The position numbers and the translations under genes were made by a program. The notes below the pieces were generated by a model. That model was not told the origin of the DNA and did no database searches. It saw only the letters and a program-made list of their open reading frames with translations. From the NCBI GenBank assembly GCA_030390025.1, contig CM059431.1, positions 148,244,001-148,308,000 of the forward strand: a stretch of DNA of 64,000 bases, in the 5' to 3' direction. This document shows, piece after piece, positions 49,725 to 61,892 of the stretch (position 1 is its first letter; each line of letters opens with the position of its first letter). Source of the stretch: Squalus acanthias. Its lineage: Eukaryota.

Positions 49725-51370
49725 AACTTCCTGCTCTGTGTGTGTATGTGGGGCTCAGTACCACACTGGGTGGTGGATCAGGCTAACTCAGCAAAGGCCA
49801 TGGATGGAGCCTAGCCCTTTCCTGCACTGTGTGTGAGGGTCACAGTACCACACTGGATGACATCAGGCTAACACAGCTCAGGCCGGGGATGGAGCCTGGG
49901 CATTTCCTGCTCTGTGGTTGGGGCTCATTCCACAAAGTTTGTGAGAATAGATTCACGCAGCACAGACCGGGGATAGAGCCTGGGCCTTTCCTGTTCTCTG
50001 TGTGTGTGTGGGGCTCAGTACCATACCGTGTATGAGATTAGATTCCTTCAGCACAGGCCGGGGATGAAGTCTGGGCCTTTACTGCTGTTTATGCATTTGA
50101 GTCCCAGTGCCATACCGGGTGTGAGATCAGCTCATTCAGCACAGGCCGTGGTTGGAGCTTGGCCTTTCTTGCTCTGTGTGTGTTTGTGTGGGGGTGCTCA
50201 GTATCACACCGGGTGTGAGATCACGCTAACACAGCACAGGCCGAGGTTGTAGCCTGGGCATTTCCTTCGCTGTGTTTGTGTGTGGAGGGGGCGGGGGGAG
50301 CATTACCACACCAGGTGAGATCAGACTCATTCGGCACAGGCCGAGTTTGGAGCCTTGGCCTTTCATACTCTATGGGGTAGAAATTAGGTCACGCCCCATT
50401 TGGGGCGCAAATATCGTCCGGACACAAATATTAGCGCCTGGCGCTAATTATCGGCACTGACGGGAAACTTCACTTTTACCGCCCCGGGAGGTGAGTGGAG
50501 CGCTAAAGCAGGCGCTGCACACCTCTCTTAAGGCGCAAAGGCCGAGCAGTGAGGCGCTAACTCGGAGCGCTGGCGAAGCTCATGTAATGTCAGTCAGCAA
50601 TGGAACACACACACAATGACACGGGCCAGTTCTTAAAGGGGATGGTTAATCTTGCTTTCCATCCACATCCTGTTCATTGCTGCCTTGAATCTCGGCCTGG
50701 AGAGACTTGCACATCAAATGTGCTGGAAAGAACAATGGAGAGCACCAGGCAAAGAGCTCAGAGTGCAGCTCCCACGGTCTCTGCTAAATCGATACAAGGA
50801 ATGGCAAATCAAAATGAACCTGCAAAGTGCTGCTCAGTACCTAAAACTCCTTCACACAACGTTGAATCTCTCCAGAAGTCTCTCCCTCTCTCTCTCAGAA
50901 TGCGTAGTTCAAAAATGCCACCAACAATAAAAGACAGGAAGAGGCCCCCTTTAAATAGCGCCCCCCCCAGCCCCACAGCGATTGATAGCGTTCCAGTCTT
51001 CTGGTCGTTGGAAGCGCCAGGCGGTAAGGCAGGGGGCGCCACTCAATTTCCGCTACGGGGCGCCCCAAGGGCGTTGCACCAAGGAATGACGTCACAATCT
51101 GCGCGCGCAGGTGGTCGCAGCGGTAAGTTTTAGCGCCGCCGCACAATCTCAAATTAAGTACTCGAGCGGCGCAAACATCGCTGCGCCCGGGCGTTAGCGG
51201 CTTTGCGCCCCATTAGCGCCCTCTTAAGGCGCTAACGGGTGGCGGAACCTAAGTGAATTTTTACCCCAAAGTGTGTTTGTGTGTGTGGGCTCAATACCAC
51301 ACCAGGTGAGATCAGACTCACTCGGCACAGGCCGAGGTTGGAGACTTGGCCTTTCCTGCTCCGTGTGGCT
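49725..51370. repeat. ~85-90-bp tandem repeat (cagtaccacaccgggtgtgagatca...cagcacaggccg...ggcctttcctgctctgtg), split by a MITE
   Basis: Units on both sides of 50374-51267. Confidence 0.8.
50374..51267. mobile_element. MITE family 2 (Harbinger-like)
   Basis: TIRs GGGGTAGAAATT / AATTTTTACCCC (11/12); GC-rich subterminal ggcgct motifs; TSD not conserved (TAT/AAA). Confidence 0.75.
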
Positions 51371-51683
51371 CAGCGACTCACTGGATACTCAACCTGAGCC
51401 CGAATGGAATTAAATCTATTTCTACCAATGTATAAAATTCTATTCAGAGAAGATGAAAACTCAGCTACTTCAGATTGTGTTGCAGTGAAGTGTTGTGGTG
51501 ACAATGGTTCAATGAGTCTGTTTGTTCAGTGACTGTAATTAATGTCAGTTACAGTTTGGCCTAATTATGTCACTCGGGGATTTCTCTCTGCTTTAAATAA
51601 GGAGATCCCTTCGCTGTTTGACCTCACACAATCAGCGCGCTGCCTCCCGCACAAAGACCACCAGCCTCTTAGAGAGGGAAGCC

Positions 51684-51795
51684 ATGGGTTCCAGCAGCGC
51701 TTTAGAAAGTTATCTTGAACTGATGCGGATGCTGGGAATAGTTAATGATATACAACAGATTTTCTATCCGCTCCTCGCTGCTGTTGGTGTTCCCA
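51684..51795 (+). CDS. GPR139/GPR142-like class A GPCR, coding exon 1
   Basis: gccATGG start; MGSSSALESYLELMRMLGIVNDIQQIFYPLLAAVGVP; phase-1 gtaaga donor; TTTAAATAA about 90 bp upstream. Confidence 0.85.
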
Positions 51796-52339
51796 GTAAG
51801 AATCTATGCCCAGTTATTAATTCTATAAACCATGTTACGCTGTGATATTATTATTGCTGTTTACCGTGGCAAATTCATTATTAATTGTATTCTGTGTTTC
51901 ATGTTGTTGCATCTTTGTTAAAGCAAGAGTTGTTTAAAAAGACAGTCGCATTCTCGCTGCTATTGATGTACCTTGTAAGTCTCTGTATCCAACTATTAAT
52001 TCTGTAAATCATGTTTAACTGTATTACTGTTCTTGTCAATTACTCATCCGCGCCTCACTGCTGTTGGTGTTCCTGGTAAGTCCCAGTATCCAGCTATTAA
52101 TTCCATAAATCATGTTTTGCTGTATTTCTCTGCTTGTCATTCTCCAGCCCATCCGCGCTGCTCTCGGCTATTGATTCTGAAGATGATACAGTTTTACCGA
52201 GATTCAATATTTCTACATTCAACTCAAGAAACGATATTGGACGATACTCTTTATTTAACGAATTTCGTTCTGTTCTCTACACTGAACATTTGTAACAGAT
52301 CAGAAGAATGTTGTCTTGTTTGAGGAGACTTTTCACCAA

Positions 52340-52470
52340 ATGGCGAAAGATCATCGACCTGAAACGTTAACTCTCTCTCTCTCTGTCCATAGATGCTGCC
52401 TGACCTGCTGAGTATTGAAAACATTTTCTGTTCTTATTTCAGATTTCCAGCATCCGCAGTAGTTTGCTTT
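52340..52470 (+). mobile_element. Penelope-like element terminal-repeat fragment
   Basis: gatcatcgacctgaaacgttaactct...agatgctgcctgacctgctgag...cagatttccagcatccgcag, a repeat I recall from shark genomes. Confidence 0.55.
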
Positions 52471-53667
52471 TGTTTTCACAGAATGGTCGGTATGGTTACT
52501 GCCACAGAGTCATAGGAACAAATCCAGGCAGATCACACCCACATCTTTAAATGTCTGAAATATCTGCTAATCATTCTCTTCCAGTCAGTGTCTCGTTTCC
52601 CACCATCTCCAGCTCTGCATCAGTGGCACTGCTTCTGATAGTTAGAAAAGGATTACTAGGATAATTTACATTCTCAAAAACGTTCACTCAGACATATTTC
52701 AATGAGTTTATTTCCAATTTTTCTTTGAATTTATAATTGGAAACCCATGCCCACCTGTCACAGTTCAGCGGATCTCTCAGTGACACCCAGAGTGATTCTC
52801 TATTGCCTCCTGCTTTACTGCAGGATAAACAATCTCAGCTGATTGTAACTGAAGTACTGAGGATAAGAAAATCCTTTCATAGTTTCTCGACTGATATTTT
52901 CTGCACAAGTTGGAAACCAACAGGTGAAAAAGTACAAGTATAAATCTCTTCCATTTGTGTTCAGATACTTTACAAATACATTCGGAGGCACTTTGCCTGT
53001 TGAATAAGTCGCGTGATTATGATGCTAATAAAGGCATTTAGTCGGATATTACATGGTCCATGATAACGATATATTTTAATTCAGAGTCCACTATTTATGT
53101 TATTTGGAAAATCTTCCTTTCAATGAGCTAGAATGTGTGTATTTTAACATAAATGTAGAAAACTCAATCTTCTAAACACTTCTTACAGCCCAGTTATCTT
53201 TATAACTGCAGTGCACTTGTATTTATTATCTTAGCATTTGCATATTACAGCCGTACATTTTAAATACAATTGCTTGGAATTATTGCACGCCAACATTTGC
53301 AGTTTCTGCATTTTGCTGTTCCATTCATTTTCAGTCCTAAATATGAAGGATATTCGAACCAGGAGCATGAGTCCAAGTGGGATTTCGTCCTCCCTAACAT
53401 AACGGGCACTGAAGCGAATTGCACATCTCCGAATGCTGACTGATCCCGGGACATGATGGCTTCCTGAGAGGTTCTGGTCCTTTGAGTCCCTGATACCTCG
53501 GGCGGGGCTTTTGTCTGCTGGGATAAAGGCAGATATATCATTTAATCTCTCATTGATCAAACAACTGTTACATTCCTGTTGTATTTATCACCGTTTCATT
53601 TATTGATTCAACAATTGATTCCCGATTATTCTTACAATAAACCCTGTGTTCAGCTCCACAGGTAATG

Positions 53668-54350
53668 GGGCCAGAAATTCGGCACTTGCTGGGTGAGTAC
53701 GCGCTGTGTCCTCATCCGTTAGGCCAACCGGAAGTGCCGGTTTCCTGCATGCACTGCACATGCGCGGGAAACCGGAACTTCCGTTCCCCTGAAGGGAGGG
53801 GTTCAGATGTGAACCGCGTGCGCGGGAGAGGCTGCGTGCACGCAGTGAACTTTGTTTTTTTTCAGGTTTCCACGGGAAGGTAAGTATGGAAGAAGCTCCG
53901 CTTTTAAAAAGGAGGCGCAAGACCCGTTTTTAACAAAGTAAGTGGTTAATTAATTACAATTTAAAACGTTTTTCAACAGGTTTATCTTTGTTAGATACTT
54001 TAAAAAAAGGTAAGTTTATGTTTAGCACTTTTAAAAAGTATTCCAATTTTTTCAAAAATTAAAATTTTATTTAAAGTCATTAATTTATTGAACTTATAGT
54101 TATTTTAAAAATGTGATGTTTTTTGTTATTTATTTGTAGTTTTAGGGAGGTTTTGGGGCCGATTAGTATTCATAGATTTGACAGGTCTTCCTGTCAAATC
54201 GATGAATGAAAGATGGTCTACTGTCGTTGGCTCTCCATGGCCCACGTGATTCCAGGGGACGCATCACACTCACTACGCCCCTGGGACACGCAAGCACTGC
54301 GCGCCGGCAGCTTGCACCCGCGGGAAGCCAGGGAGCCTAATTTCTGGGCC
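53668..54350. mobile_element. MITE family 1 in the GPCR intron
   Basis: TIRs GGGCCAGAAATT / AATTTCTGGGCC; colinear with 26075-26835; TSD not preserved. Confidence 0.85.
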
Positions 54351-54405
54351 TGCTCTTGCTCCCAGCCTGATGTATAATTTCCCTGTTTATTTCTCTTCCT
54401 CACAG

Positions 54406-55307
54406 TGAACTTAGTGACGATTGTGATCCTGTCTCGGGAAAAGTGCGGTCTCTCCAAATGTGTCACTCGCTACCTCGAGGCCATGGCAGCGGCGGATCTA
54501 CTGGTCGTTATCATCGACCTGATATTGAGGCAGATTCCGATTGTTTATTGGAGACAGTTTATTTTCCTGCGTTCCATCCGCGTGTGTAATATCCACGCTG
54601 TCCTGCTTTATGCAGCCACAGACTCTTCTGTCTGGTTCACCGTCACTTTCACCTTTGATCGATTTGTAGCCATTTGTTTCCAGAAGCTGAAAACGAAATA
54701 TTGCACCGAGAAAACGGCGGCTGTGGTTCTGGGCACAGTGACTGTGCTGAGTGGTGTAAAGAACATTTTCTGGTATTTTTCGTTGACAGATCGGTATCGG
54801 CTTCAGAACACCCCCTGGTTTTGTTACATAACATACACTGCTTTGATTTCACGGGTCTGGGGAGCAATCGAGCTCGTTCATTATCTTCTCACCCCGGGGG
54901 TACAATTTGTTGTGATTCTGCTGCTCAATGCTCTCACCGTCAGGCACATTTTAGTGGCCAGCAGAGCCCGCAGGAGACTCCGGGGTCCCAGCAGTGGGGA
55001 GAGTCCCAGAGACCCAGAGATGGAGAGCCGCAGGAAATCCATCATTTTACTGCTTGTTATCTCCGGCAATTTCATCCTGTTATGGGCAATGTTCATGGTG
55101 ATGTATATATGGAACCGGTTGTGGTATTCGGAGTATCATTCTGTATCTCTACCTCTTTATGTACAGAAAATAGCATTGATACCGCAGCTGCTGAGTTGCT
55201 GCACAAACACTGGGATTTATGCCGTGACCCAGACTAAGTTCAGAGAGCAGTTGAAGAATGGTGGGAAATATCCCTTTAATCTGATTGTAAAATTCATTAA
55301 AGGATGA
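54406..55307 (+). CDS. GPR139/GPR142-like class A GPCR, coding exon 2 (TM1 to C-terminus); spliced product 337 aa
   Basis: ttcctcacag acceptor; NLVTIVIL, LEAMAAADLL, SVWFTVTFTFDRFVAIC, NFILLW, SCCTNTGIY; seven hydrophobic segments, open frame. Confidence 0.92.
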
Positions 55308-55651
55308 GAAGAAGTGGAGACTTAGCCGTCTGAGAGTTCCCTGGGCCTGATATTTTGAGTGAGCCGCCAGTTATCTGGGGAGGTTAACACGCTCACTCAC
55401 ACACTGTCTACACTGAGCTCCCTGTCAGGGGCGGCGAGGGGGAACATCATAACTCTTTATAAATCATTATGGCTATTAACTAAACATCATAACCCTTTGT
55501 AAATCATTAAGTCCATAAAGAAAACATTATAACTCTTTCTAACTAATAATGACCACTAATAAAGCATAATAAACCTTTATAAATTATTATGATCATTAAT
55601 AAATCATTATAACCCTTTATAAATCATTATGACCACTAATAAAACATCTTA

Positions 55652-58600
55652 TGATATCTCCTCTTTGCTGGAGAAAAACTTTGAGTGGGAGGGGGAAGAT
55701 CGAGTTGTCATGGTCCACGGAGGTACCAATGACACAGGTAGGACAAAGAAAGAGATTCTGCTGAGAGAGTACGAGCAGCGAGCGGTTAAATTAAAAAGCA
55801 GAACCACAAAGGTAATAATCTGTGGATTACTACCTGAGCCACGAGCGAATTTGCATAGGGTAAATAAGATCATAGAAATGAACTAGTGGCTCAAAGACTG
55901 GTGTGGGAGAAATGGGTTTCGAGGTGTGGGGCACTGGCACCAGTACTGGTATAAGAGGGAGCTGTTCCGTTTGGACGGGCTTCATTTGCATCATGCTGGG
56001 GCTAGATTCCTGACAAATCGAATAACTAAGGCTGTACAGAGGGATTCAAACTAAATAGCTGGGGGGGAGGATCCAGATGAGCGGGAAAATAAAAAGTCAA
56101 TAAGAAATGAGAAAGCAATAGAGCAGGCTGGAGATGGGGGAAATAATAACCAGAGTATGACAGGAAGGGACAGAATGATTAAAAATAAGAGTGTAACGGA
56201 AAAAAAGGCCAAAACATGGAAAATTGGTAAAAAGACAAAGTTAAAAGCTGTATGGAAGAACATAAGAACATAAGAAATAGGAGCAGGAGTAGACCAATCG
56301 GCCCCTCGAGCCTGCTCCACCACTCAATGAGATCATGGCTGATCTAATCCAACCTCAACTCTAAAGAACACAAGAAGCAGGAGAAGGACGAGGCCACTCG
56401 GTCCCTGGGCCCGCTCCGCCACCCACAGGGCCTTGACCGATCCGAACTCAAACTCATGTCCAATTTCCAGCCCGCTCCCCATAACCCCTGATTCCCTTTA
56501 CTTCTAGGAAACGGTCTATTTCTGTTTTAAATTTATTTAATGAAGTAGCTTCCACAGCTTCCTGGGGTAGCAAATTCCACAGACCCACTACCCTCTGAGT
56601 GATAAAGTTTCTCCTCATCTCAGTTTTGAAAGAGGAGCCCCTTATTCTAAGATTATGTCCCCTAGTTCTAGTTTCACCCATCATTGGGAACATCCTCACC
56701 GCGTCCACCCGATCAAGCCCCTTCACAATCTTACATGTTTCAATAAGATCGCCTCTCATTCTTCTGAACTCCAATGAGTAGAGTCCCAATCTACTCAAAC
56801 TCTCCTCGTATGTCCACTCCCTCATCCCCATATCTGAAAGCACGCAGCATTCATAACAAGATAAATGCATTGACGGCACAAAAAGATACAAATGGATATG
56901 ATCTTATCGCCATTACAGAGACGTGGTTGCAAGGCGTACAGGGCTGGGAACTGAATATTCCAGGGTATATGATAATTCAGAAGGATAGAAAGAAAGGAGT
57001 GGGGGGTGGGGTGGCTTTGTTGGTTAAAGATGGGATCAGTGCAGTGGTGATAAGTGATATTGGCTCAGAAGTTCAAGATGTAGAATCGGTTTGGTTGGAG
57101 AAAAAAAATAATAAGGGGTAAAAGTCTCTGGGGTCGCGGGGGGGGCGCGTAGTCTACAGGCCCCCGAAGAGTAGCAATGCTGTTGGACAGAGTATAAATC
57201 AACAAATAATGGAGGTCTGTAAAAAAGTGGTACGGTAATAATCATGGGTGATTTTAATCTCCACATTGATTGGACAAATTAAATTGGCCATGGTAGCCTG
57301 GAGGAGGAGTTCATAGAGTGCATCCGGGATGGTTTCCTAGAAGAGTATGTAATGGAACCAACCAGGGAGCAGGCTATCTTGGATCTGGTACGATGTAATG
57401 AGACAGAATTTATAAATGATCTCATAGTAAAGGATCAACTAGGAAAGAGTGATCATAGAATGGTTGAATTTCAAATTCAGCTGGAAGGTGAGAAAGTTGT
57501 ATCCCAAACCAGTGTCCTGATCTTAAACAAAGGCAATTATAACGGCATGAGGGCAGAACTGGCTAAGGTGGACTGGAAAAACAAATTACAGGGTAAGAAA
57601 GTTGAAATGCAGTGGTGGACATTTAAGGTGATATCTCATAACTCTCAAGAAAAATATATTCCAGGTTGAAAGAAAGATTTTAAGAGAAGGGAGCAGCATC
57701 CGTGGCTAACTAAGGAAGTAAAGGATGGTATTAAATTGAAAACGAAGGCATACAATGTTGCCAAGACTGGTGGGAGACCAGAGGATTGGGACATTTTTAA
57801 AAACCAGCAAAGGATGACTGAAAAAATAATAAAGAGAGAGAACTGAATTATGAGAGTAAGTTGGCAAGAAACATTAAAACAGATAGTAAGAGCTTCTACA
57901 GGTAAATAAAAAGGAAGAGGGTAGCTGAAGTAAATGTTGGTCGCTTAGAGGATGAGACTGGGGAATTAATAATGGGGAACGGAAAAATGGCAAGACTTTG
58001 AACAAATATTTTGCATCTGCCTTCACTGTAGAAGACACTAACATCATCCCAATAATGGACAAACAAGGGGCTATAGGGAGGGGGCAACTAAAGACATTCA
58101 CTATCACTAAGGAAATAGTACTTGGTAAAATAATGGGACTAAAAGACGACAAGTTCCCTGGACCAGATGGCCTGCATCCCAGGGTCTTAAAAGAAGTTGC
58201 TGCAGAGATAGTGGATGCATTGGTTGCAATATACCAAAATTCCTTGGACTCTGGAGAGGTCCCAGCGGAATGGAAAACCGCTAATGTAACACCCCTATTT
58301 AAGAAAGGAGGGAGACAGAAAGCAGGAAACTATAGACTAGTTAGCCTAAAATCTGTCTTTGGGAAAATGCTGGAGTCCTTCATTAAGGAAGCAGTAGCCG
58401 GGCATTTAGAAAAACATACTGCAGTCAAACAGAGTCAGCATGGTTTTAGGATAAGGGAATCAAGTTTAACAGATTTCCTGGAGTTCTTTGTGGATGTAAC
58501 AAGCAGGGTGGACAAGGGTGAGCCAGTGGATGTGGTGTATTTGGATTTCCAGAAGGCATTCGATAAGGTGTCACATAAAAGGTTACTGCATCAGAGAAGA

Positions 58601-59727
58601 GGTCACGGAGTTGTGGGTAATATATTAGCATGGAGAGAATTGGCTAACTAACAGAAAGCAGAGAGTGGGGATAAATGGGTCATTTTCTGGTTGGCAAACG
58701 GTAACTAGTGGGATGCCACAAGGATGGGTGCTGCAGCCCCAACTATTTACAATCTAGATTAATGACTTGGATGAAGGGTAATGTAGCCAAATTTGCAGAT
58801 GATACCAAGATGGGTGTGAAAGCAAGTTGTGCAGAGGACTCAAAGTATCTGCAAAGATATATAAACAGACTAGGTCAGTGGGCAAACATTTCACAGATGG
58901 AGTATAATGTGGGAAAGCGCGGGGTTATCCACTTTGGCAGGAAAAATAAAAAAGGAAACTATTATTTAAATGGAGAGAGATTACAAAATGCTACAGTTCC
59001 GAAGGACTTGGGGGTCCTTGTGCATGAAACACAAAAAGATAGTATGCAGGTACAGCAAGTAATCAAAAAGGCAAATGGAATGTTGGCCTTTATTTCAAGG
59101 GAATTGGAGTATAAAAGCAGGGAAGTCCTGCTACAACTGTACAAGGTAATGGTGAGACCACACATTGAGAACTGCGTACAGTTTTGGTCTCCTTATTTAA
59201 GGAAGGATATATTTGCATTGGAGGCAATTCAGGGACGATTCACTAGGTTAATTCCAGAGATGAGGGGTTTGACATATGAGGCAAGGTTGAGCAGGCTGGG
59301 CCTATAATCATTGGAATTTATAAGAATGAGAGGTGATCTTATCGAAACATTTGAGATTCTGAGGGTGCTCGACAGGTAGATGCAGAGAGGATGTTTCCCC
59401 TCATCGGAATATCTAGAATTCGGGGGCAGAGTCTCAGAATAAAGGGTCGCCCTTTTAGAGCTGAGATGAGGAGGAACTTCTTCTCTCTGACGGTCGTAAA
59501 TTTGTGGAATTCTCTGCCCCAGACAGCTGCGGAGGCTGCGTCATTAAACACATTTAAAGTGGAGATAGACACATTTCTGCAAGATAAGGGAGTGAAGGGT
59601 TTTCGGGAGCGGGCTGGGAAGTGGCTTTGAGCCCGAGATTAGCCATGATCTTACTGAATATCGGAGGAGGCTCGAGGTGCCAAGTGGCCTATTCCTGCTC
59701 CTATTTCTTATGTTCTTATGTTCTTCT
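55652..59727 (+). mobile_element. Degenerate CR1 LINE, inverted paralogue of 30733-34975
   Basis: Same 5' truncation in ORF1 and same flanks. Confidence 0.92.
56254..56830 (-). mobile_element. Younger CR1 3' fragment inserted in the start of ORF2 of the 55652-59727 element
   Basis: Splits aaagctgta/tatctgaaagcacg; uninterrupted site near 33611-33625. Confidence 0.88.
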
Positions 59728-59734
59728 ACCCCTA

Positions 59735-61848
59735 GTCATACCTAGCACAAACTAAGATGGTTGTGGTGGTTGAAGGTCAATCATCACAACCCCAGGGCAT
59801 CGCTGTAGGAGTTCCTCAGGGCAGTATCTTAGGCACAACCATCTTCAGCTGCTTCATCAATGACCTTCCCTCCAACATAAGGTCAGAGATGGGAATGTTC
59901 GCTTTATACTGCAAAGTGTTCAGTGCTCTTCACAACTCCTCAGATAATAAAGCAGTCCATGCCCTCATGCAACAAGATCTGGACGACGTTCAGTCTTGAG
60001 CTGATAATTGACAGGTAACATTCGACCCACAGAAGTGTCAGGCATAGACTAACTCCAACAAGCGAGAGTCTACCACCGCTCCTTGACATTCAATGGCATT
60101 ACCATCGGCGAATCCCACACCATCAACATGCTGGGGCTCACCATTGACCAGAAACTTAACTGGACCAGCCACCTGAATACTGTGGCAACAAGAGCAGGTC
60201 AGAGGCTGGGTATTCTGCGGCGAGTGTCTCACTTCCTGAATCCCCAAAGCATTTCTGCCATCCACAAGGCACAAGTAAGGAGTTTGAGGGAATACTATCC
60301 ACTTGCCTGGATGAGTGCAACTCCAGCAACACTCAAGAAGCTCGACACCATTCAGGACAAAGCATCCCGCTTGATTGGCACCCCATCTACAACCTTAAAC
60401 ATTCATTCCCTCCACCACCGGCGCACCGTGGCTGCAGTGTGTACCTTCTGCAAGAAGCACTGCAGCAACTCGCCAAGGTTTCTTCGACAGCACCTCCCAA
60501 ACCCGCGACCTCTTCCACGTCGAAGGACAAGGACAGCAGGCTCATGGGAATTCCACCACCTGCAAGTTCCCCTCCAAGTCACAAACCATCCTGATTTAGA
60601 ATTATATCACCGATCTTTCATCATCGCCGGGTCAAAATCCTGGAACTCCCATCCTAACTGCACAGAGAGATTACCTTCACCACACAGGACTGCAGCGGTT
60701 CAAGAAGGCGGATCACCACCACCTTCTCAAAGGCTGTTACGGATGGGCAACAAATGCTGGCCTTGCCAGCGACACCCACATTCCATAAAGGAATAAAAGA
60801 AAGTACATTATAACCCTTTATATATCACTATGACCACTAACAAAACTTCATAACAATTTATAAATCATTATGACTATTAATAAAACATTATAACCCTTTA
60901 TAAATCATTATGACCATTAATAAAATATCATAACCCTTAGTCATACCTAGCACAAAGCAAGGTGGTTGTGGTGTTTGAAGGTCAATCATCACAGCCCCAG
61001 GACATCGCTGCAGGAGTTCCTCAGTGCAGTGTCCTAGGCCAAATCATCTTCAGCTGCTTCATCAATGAACTTTCCTCCAACATAAGGTCAGAAATGGGGA
61101 TGTTCGCTGATGACTGCACAGTGTTCAGTGCCATTCACAACTCCTCAGATAATAAAGCAGTCCATGCCCGCATGCAACGGGAACTGGACGTCGTTCAGGC
61201 TTGGGCCGATAAGTGGCAGTTAACATTTGCGCCACACAATTTCCAGGCAATGACTATCTCCAACAAGCGAAAATCTAACCACCGACCCTTGACAGTCAGT
61301 GGTATTACCATCGCAGAATACCCACCATCAACATTCTGCGGGTCACCATTGACCAGAAACGTAACTGATCCAGCCACTTGCATACTGTGACACCATCCAG
61401 GCCAAAGCAGCCCGCTTGATTGGCATCCCACCTACGATTTTAAACATTCACTCCCTCCACCACCAGCGTACCCTGGCTGCAGAGTGTACCATCTACAAGA
61501 TGCACTGCAGCAACTCACCAAGGCTTCTTCGGCAGCGCCTCCCACCCGCAACCTCTTCCACCTAGAAGGACAAGGGCAGCAGGCGCATGGGAACACCACC
61601 ACCTCCAAGTTCCCCTCCAAGTCACACACCATCCTGTCTTAGAATTATATCACCGGACCTTCATCATCGCTTGGTCAAAACCCTGGAACTCCCTCCCTAA
61701 CAGCACTGTGAGAGTACGTTCACCACACCGGACTGCAGCGGTTTAAGAAGGCGACTCGCCACCACCTTCTCAAGGGCAATTAGGGATGGGCAACAAATGC
61801 TGGCCTTCCCAGCGACACCCATATTCCATAAACGAATAAAATAAAATA
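59735..61848 (+). mobile_element. Two Zenon-like LINE fragments (59735-60800, 60940-61848), paralogues of 28620-30722
   Basis: MVVVVEGQSSQPQ..GVPQGS, FADDCT. Confidence 0.85.
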
Positions 61849-61892
61849 ATGTATTATAACCCTTTAAAAATCATTATCACCATTAATAAATC

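Noticed and set aside
50600..51133. 177-aa ORF (and 170-aa ORF 62063-62575) as a transposase
   Set aside because: No recognisable DDE or Myb/SANT motifs; chance ORFs inside MITEs
54674..55237. 187-aa overlapping ORF within the GPCR exon
   Set aside because: Alternative-frame ORF with no motif support
51684..55307. Assigning the symbol GPR139
   Set aside because: Family resemblance only; orthology cannot be established from this sequence
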